The notes under the pieces: model-generated | What the model was told of the DNA's origin: nothing | Databases searched by the model: none | The model's input: the letters and a program-made list of their open reading frames with translations, nothing else | Part shown: positions 7,977 through 12,193 of the stretch, one piece after another | Numbering within the stretch: position 1 is the stretch's first letter | How the letters are laid out: each line of letters begins with the position of its first letter | Program-made: the position numbers and the translations under genes | Assembly: GCA_038999215.1 (NCBI GenBank) | Contig: JAWABM010000005.1 | Span: 4,295 to 16,487 of the forward strand | Origin: Candidatus Aenigmatarchaeota archaeon | Lineage (GTDB): Archaea; Aenigmatarchaeota; Aenigmatarchaeia; Aenigmatarchaeales; JACQIB01 | DNA: 12,193 bases | Direction: 5' to 3'

Positions 7977-9776
7977 TTATTTCCTTGCCGTGATATAAAT
8001 GTGCTCCTTCCCTAACATCTTCTTCCTGCTGACGTGCACAGACGTGAAATGGGCCTTTCTGAACGAGCTCTTTAGCAGGCCGTCTGATGAAAGGAACTTG
8101 TGCAATGGTATTCCCGGCGCCTTTATGGCGAGGAAGCTTGCTACGCCTCCTTTCTTGAGCGTCCTGCGCAGCGCCTTCAGCTCCCTCTCGGGGTTCACGA
8201 AGTAGTTTATCGCGACCGCGCACACTATCCTGTCGAACGTGCCGGCCGGGAACGGCGCCGGCCTGCTGACCTTCACGAACATAACGTTCGGCAGGTCCTT
8301 CATTTCCGCCCTCTTCACCGCCTTCTTCAGCTGCTTTACCGACAGGTCCGCCGCGACCACTTTCCCGTCTCCGACCGCCTCGGCCACCCTTTCGGTCATT
8401 TTTCCGGTCCCGCAGCCGTAATCGAGCACGGTCATCCCTCTGCCGAGCTTCGCATTCCTGAGCAGATGGCGCATATCGCCTTGGCCGTACAGCAGGGTCA
8501 TGTAGGCATTCATCGCGAAATTCATCCTGTCCCAGAACTTCTCGACGAACCTCCTGTCCGTGAGTAGCTTCACCGCGACATATCCTGGCACGCCGAGCGC
8601 CACGAGCACGAGCCCTGTAGCTATCGTTTCCGGGCTCACTTGGACGAAAAGGAACACCAACGCCGCTATCGAGACGTGCGGGAACCACCATGGTGCCTTC
8701 GACTCCGACCTTATGCTCTTCCTGAGCATTATCAGCGAGGCGAAGCACAGGATGTACATTATGAACACGGACGAAAGCAGGAGCAGTATGGCGCCCTCGT
8801 AGCTCCCCGGCAGCACTATCAACGAAGCTATCGCTGCCTGGAGCAGGAGCGACCTGCCCGGCGTGCCGAATCTGGACAACCTGCCGAAGTATTTCGGGAA
8901 CAGCTTCTCGCCCGCGAGGGCGTACGGCACCCTCGAGTTTGTGAACACCTCGGCGTTGAGGTTGGCCATATTCACCACTATGGCTGACACTATCAGGAAT
9001 CCGGCCGCAGCCTCAATGACCTCGGTTATCGCGACCGCTTCGGACAAATTGGACCAGCCAGCCGAACCTATTGCCACGAAGACCATGACAACGAACAAGA
9101 GGGCCACAGTGATGGTCGTGGCCTTCACGACCTTCGGCACGGTTTTCTTCGGCCTGGCGACCTCGCCTGAGACCAAGGAGGAGGACTCCCAGCCCTGGAA
9201 GGACTCGAAGCACATGGCCATCGCGAGGCCGAACGCGCCTATGCCCAGCGGGAAAAGCGGCTCGAAATTGGATAGCTTCACTCCTGGAGTCCCCAGCGCT
9301 ATGAACGTGCCTATTATCGCTATTGTCGACGCCGTGAGTAGTATCTGTACATTCGCCCCGACCTTTGCGCCGAGGTAGTTTATCAGCGTGAAGGCGGCTA
9401 TGAGAATGAGCGAAAAGGGCGTGACAAAACCCCCTATCTCGGGCACTATGACCATTGTGAAGAACGATATGGCGAGCGCCAGCGAGCTTATGGCTATGGT
9501 GTTCTGCGCCCACATCGTCCAGCCTGCCAGGAATCCCCAGAAGTCTCCGAATGCCTTTTTTGCGTAGAGCACCGGCCCCCCGCTCTTCTCGAACATGCCG
9601 CCGAGCTCGGCGAAGCAGTAGCCCATCGGTATCGTGAGCAGCGCGACCGCAGCCCAGACCAGCATCGAGCCGGGACCGAGCATCCCGGCTATTGTGCTGG
9701 GCATTATGAATATGCCAGTGCCTATGATGCTCCCGACAGCCAGCGCGAAAAGCTCCCAGAAGCCCAGCTTTTTCAT
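7977..9776 (-). CDS. APC-family amino-acid permease fused to a C-terminal class I SAM-dependent methyltransferase
   Basis: GSIIGTGIF, FAELGGMFEKSGG, FQGWE..GEVARPKKTVP and SRVPYALA motifs with about 12 TMs, then VLDYGCGTG, VVAADLS and PFPAGTFDRIVC in the same frame. Confidence 0.92.
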   Translation of the reverse strand: MKKLGFWELFALAVGSIIGTGIFIMPSTIAGMLGPGSMLVWAAVALLTIPMGYCFAELGGMFEKSGGPVLYAKKAFGDFWGFLAGWTMWAQNTIAISSLALAISFFTMVIVPEIGGFVTPFSLILIAAFTLINYLGAKVGANVQILLTASTIAIIGTFIALGTPGVKLSNFEPLFPLGIGAFGLAMAMCFESFQGWESSSLVSGEVARPKKTVPKVVKATTITVALLFVVMVFVAIGSAGWSNLSEAVAITEVIEAAAGFLIVSAIVVNMANLNAEVFTNSRVPYALAGEKLFPKYFGRLSRFGTPGRSLLLQAAIASLIVLPGSYEGAILLLLSSVFIMYILCFASLIMLRKSIRSESKAPWWFPHVSIAALVFLFVQVSPETIATGLVLVALGVPGYVAVKLLTDRRFVEKFWDRMNFAMNAYMTLLYGQGDMRHLLRNAKLGRGMTVLDYGCGTGKMTERVAEAVGDGKVVAADLSVKQLKKAVKRAEMKDLPNVMFVKVSRPAPFPAGTFDRIVCAVAINYFVNPERELKALRRTLKKGGVASFLAIKAPGIPLHKFLSSDGLLKSSFRKAHFTSVHVSRKKMLGKEHIYITARK

Positions 9777-9798
9777 GCATTCTGTATGGGAGAGCCTG

Positions 9799-9835
9799 TT
9801 AAAAAAACCGCTCCTGGTCGAAAAACTTTATATGC
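9799..9835. promoter_or_regulatory. Divergent TATA promoters for the permease operon and the antiporter
   Basis: Minus strand TTTTTTTAA at ~9807-9799; plus strand CGAAAAAC-TTTATAT (BRE+TATA) at ~9819-9833. Confidence 0.6.
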
Positions 9836-9854
9836 GGCAAACCTTATGTTTGGT

Positions 9855-11129
9855 ATGGTAGTCGAGGCGTTCGGCATTCTGCTGCTGCTGAGCATAACGA
9901 TAATTTTGGGTTACATAGGCTCCGTGATATTCGAGCGCACCAAGATACCGGACGTCATCTGGCTCCTGCTGCTCGGCCTGCTGCTCGGCCCCGTGTTTCA
10001 TGTGTTCCCGACCGAAGCCTTCATGGGAATATCCTCGCTGATGGCCGCCCTGGCCCTGATAATCATACTTTACGACGCCGGCCTGAACATGGAGTTCTAC
10101 CAGGTCATCAAGGAGGTGTCTAGGGGCATGCTCCTCAACGTGGTCAACATAGTGCTGACCACCGTTTTCGTGGCCTTTTTCGCCATGCTGGTGTTCAATT
10201 TCAGCTATCTGCAGGCGTTCCTGCTCGGCGTGCTGCTGAGCAGCACTTCTTCCGAGATAATAATCACGACGATGAAGGGCCTGAACGTCAGAGACAGGGT
10301 CAAAATGCTGCTGGACGTGGAGTCCGTGCTCAGCGACCCGTTCGCCATAGTGGCGACCCTTGCGCTCACCCAGGTGATGATGTCCGGCGCCTCGCTCTCC
10401 GCCACTGCGAGCAGCATAGCCGCCGCCTTCTCCATAGCCATAGTCATAGGCTCCGTGGTCGGCATGGCCTGGCTGATGGTGCTCGACAGGCTCAGGGGAA
10501 GGCCCTTCGACTACATGCTCACGCTCGCCGCGATATTCATACTCTATGTCGTCTCCGAATCCGTGGGAGGCAGCGGGGCCCTTTCCGTGCTCGCGTTTGG
10601 CATAGTGCTGGGCAACGCGAAGACGTTCTCCGAGATGTTCAGGTTCAGCAAGGTCCTCACTGTCGACGAGCTCCTGAAGAAGTTCAACATGGAGATAAGC
10701 TTCTTCGTGCGCTCGTTCTTCTTCGTCTATCTTGGGCTCATAGCCTCGATAAACCCGCAGTACGCGCTCTACGGCCTGGGCGTGGCTGCCATGCTCATCC
10801 TCGCGAGGCTCATAGGCGCCGAGCTCGCCACCTTCGGCATGGGGATGACCGATTTCGAGGAGAAGATAACAGGAATAATGGGCCCGAGGGGGCTCGCGAC
10901 CGCAGTCCTTTCGCAGCTCCCGCTGGTCTTCGGCCTTCCCGGCGCCGAAATTTATTCGAACGTGGCTTTCGTCGTCATCTTGGCGACCGTCATATACACC
11001 GCCGTCATGACCAGCGTGCTTTCGAGGAAGATGGGCAGGGCGCCCGCGCCGCCGCAGCCGGCTGCCGTGACGGCAAAGCCTGCCGAACCCAGGAAAAGGC
11101 AGGCAAGGAGGCCGGCCCGGAAGAAATGA
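9855..11129 (+). CDS. CPA1/NhaP-type cation:proton antiporter
   Basis: KIPDVIWLLLLGLLLGP, ILYDAGL, ESVLSDP, GGSGALSVLAFG, FFFVYLG and GPRGLA motifs. Start at 9855 (or 9846) from TATA spacing. Confidence 0.92.
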   Translation: MVVEAFGILLLLSITIILGYIGSVIFERTKIPDVIWLLLLGLLLGPVFHVFPTEAFMGISSLMAALALIIILYDAGLNMEFYQVIKEVSRGMLLNVVNIVLTTVFVAFFAMLVFNFSYLQAFLLGVLLSSTSSEIIITTMKGLNVRDRVKMLLDVESVLSDPFAIVATLALTQVMMSGASLSATASSIAAAFSIAIVIGSVVGMAWLMVLDRLRGRPFDYMLTLAAIFILYVVSESVGGSGALSVLAFGIVLGNAKTFSEMFRFSKVLTVDELLKKFNMEISFFVRSFFFVYLGLIASINPQYALYGLGVAAMLILARLIGAELATFGMGMTDFEEKITGIMGPRGLATAVLSQLPLVFGLPGAEIYSNVAFVVILATVIYTAVMTSVLSRKMGRAPAPPQPAAVTAKPAEPRKRQARRPARKK

Positions 11130-11130
11130 T

Positions 11131-11412
11131 TCAGCGCCTGGCTTTCTCCTCTTCTTCGAACCCGAAAAGCAGGGCCTTTATCACGAGGAATATCGCTATC
11201 GTCCCTGTCGGCACGAACAGCAGGTAGGGGAACGGCGTCGTGAAGATGAGCTCGAGCCTGAAGGGCCACGAGTAAAACGAATGGTGCACGTCAAAAAGCA
11301 GGACGGCCGCGAAGGATATCAGCGCCGAGACCGCCAGGAACACCGCGTCTGCTATGAGCTCGTCCCTTGTCACCGCCGACCTCCTTATTTTGCGCCTCAT
11401 TTTCGCTGCCAT
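11131..11412 (-). CDS. Small two-TM membrane protein
   Basis: Basic N-terminus, two hydrophobic helices and an acidic C-terminus. TTTTATTA on the minus strand ~24 nt upstream. Stop abuts the antiporter stop. Confidence 0.75.
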   Translation of the reverse strand: MAAKMRRKIRRSAVTRDELIADAVFLAVSALISFAAVLLFDVHHSFYSWPFRLELIFTTPFPYLLFVPTGTIAIFLVIKALLFGFEEEEKARR

Positions 11413-11460
11413 TCAAAACGATTCGCTTTCCCGGCTAATAAAAGTTACGGCGATTGCCAT

Positions 11461-11475
11461 GAAAAGCTTTAAATA
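11461..11475 (+). promoter_or_regulatory. rRNA promoter (BRE + TATA)
   Basis: GAAAAGC-TTTAAATA is near the archaeal consensus and lies about 255 nt upstream of the 16S 5' end. Confidence 0.8.
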
Positions 11476-11499
11476 GGTTAAAATAACGTAATTGTATAA

Positions 11500-11729
11500 C
11501 AGGTAAGAATTCGTTTCTTACCGCGGGGGAAGTAACATGGCGCCGCTGTGTTACGTTCTTGCGGTCACGGAAGTGCCCGCGGTATCGGCTTGGCTCGAGC
11601 TCAGCCATGAGGCTGCTATGACAGGCCAGTTTCCAGTCCCCCGTTCAGGTGAAGGCAAAACATTGCGCTTTTGTCCGATGTTGGCGAGTCGGTGAAACTC
11701 CGAGAAAGGGGAAATTGTGTTTTTCCGCA
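11500..11729 (+). other. Structured 5' external transcribed spacer of pre-16S rRNA
   Basis: Hairpins include GGTAAGAA/TTCTTACC (11502-11522), GTAACATGGC/GCTGTGTTAC and GGCAAAA/TTTTGTC. Confidence 0.7.
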
Positions 11730-11866
11730 ATTCCGGTTGATCCTGCCGGAGATCACCGCTATCGGATTCCGACTTAACCATGCGAGGCGAGAGGTGCAAG
11801 ACCTCGCCGTACTGCTGAGTAACACGTGGTTAACCTGCCCTTGGGTGGGGAATAATCTCGCGAAAG
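11730..11866 (+). rRNA. rrs: Archaeal 16S rRNA, 5' exon
   Basis: ATTCCGGTTGATCCTGCCGGA...CCATGC...AGTAACACGTGG..AACCTGCCC..GGGAATAATCTCGCGAAAG. Similarity to 16S stops at the helix-8 GAAA loop; the boundary is uncertain by a few nt. Confidence 0.95.
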
Positions 11867-11878
11867 ACAAACCGTACC

Positions 11879-11913
11879 TTTATATGTAATCTCATGTAGC
11901 TTGAGATTATATG
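11879..11913 (+). promoter_or_regulatory. Candidate internal TATA box and start-codon-sequestering hairpin
   Basis: TTTATA at 11879-11884. TATGTAATCTCA (11883-11894) pairs with TGAGATTATATG (11902-11913), which includes the ATG. Confidence 0.6.
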
Positions 11914-12193
11914 AAACCTGAATACTTGGCTGGATTTTTCGATGGTGAAGGGTCTTTGATTTTCAGACTTAGAAAAGACCCCAGATACAAAAATGGATAC
12001 CAAATAAAACCGCATTTGGACATCACGCAAAAAGATCCAGAGGTGCTAAAAATAATACAAAAAGAATTTGGTATGGGCAAACTCTATAAAAATAAGGATG
12101 GGACATTTCATCTGTGCGTATACAAGACTGATGACATTGTCAAATTCTTGAAAATTATAGAGAAACACAGTGTAGTGAAGAAAGTTAACATTA
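11911..12193 (+). CDS. LAGLIDADG homing endonuclease, I-CreI-like (3'-truncated by the window; not in the ORF track)
   Basis: Translated by hand: MKPEYLAGFFDGEGSLIFRLRKDPRYKNGYQIKPHLDITQKDPEVLKIIQKEFGMGKLYKNKDGTFHLCVYKTDDIVKFLKIIEKHSVVKKVNI. Shows the YLAGFFDGEG motif, ITQK, and G.G. Confidence 0.95.
   Translation, partial: MKPEYLAGFFDGEGSLIFRLRKDPRYKNGYQIKPHLDITQKDPEVLKIIQKEFGMGKLYKNKDGTFHLCVYKTDDIVKFLKIIEKHSVVKKVNI

Larger units (their letters stand above)
11867..12193 (+). mobile_element. 16S rRNA intron/insertion carrying a homing endonuclease (3' end outside the window)
   Basis: Abrupt loss of 16S sequence: the expected 3' strand of helix 8 and the following TAATAC are absent. Composition shifts to AT-rich and a LAGLIDADG ORF follows. 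Confidence 0.88.

Noticed and set aside
7972..8748. N-terminal 259 aa of the 413-aa ORF 7507..8748, as an overlapping gene or frameshift fusion
   Set aside because: It is an off-frame shadow of the permease-methyltransferase with R/G-rich, non-protein-like composition. The CBS domain begins at ATG 7971 just after the permease stop.
11500..11729. Hairpin-rich segment as a separate tRNA, SRP RNA or RNase P RNA
   Set aside because: No T-loop, SRP helix-8 or RNase P conserved motifs were found. Its position between the promoter and 16S fits a 5' spacer.
11867..11910. Group I intron assignment
   Set aside because: The apparent exon end is not U and no P1 or core elements are visible. This cannot be fully excluded without the 3' part.
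11551..12030. Short ORFs across the rRNA leader and 16S exon, and antisense to the endonuclease
   Set aside because: They overlap structured RNA or the LAGLIDADG gene and lack coding signatures.

Overview
Compact archaeal core-genome region. The host is probably a DPANN-type lineage, inferred from a divergent archaeal 16S 5' end, TATA-box promoters, mostly leaderless genes and CCA-encoding tRNAs. It contains four tRNA genes: Gly-GCC, Leu-TAG, Leu-CAG, and His-GTG with a 37-nt BHB intron and encoded G-1. Coding genes include thioredoxin, several small hypothetical, membrane and zinc-finger proteins, a very basic stand-alone ATP-cone protein, a tandem pair of paralogous helical proteins, a DEAD-box RNA helicase, UppP/BacA, a CxxC-x17-CxxC zinc-ribbon protein missed by the ORF track, a CBS-pair protein, an APC amino-acid permease fused to a SAM-dependent methyltransferase, and a CPA1/NhaP-type antiporter. 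The window ends in an rRNA locus. The 16S gene is interrupted after only about 137 nt, at the helix-8 GAAA tetraloop, by an AT-rich insertion encoding an I-CreI-like LAGLIDADG homing endonuclease. The endonuclease start codon is buried in a 12-bp hairpin and preceded by a candidate internal TATA box.
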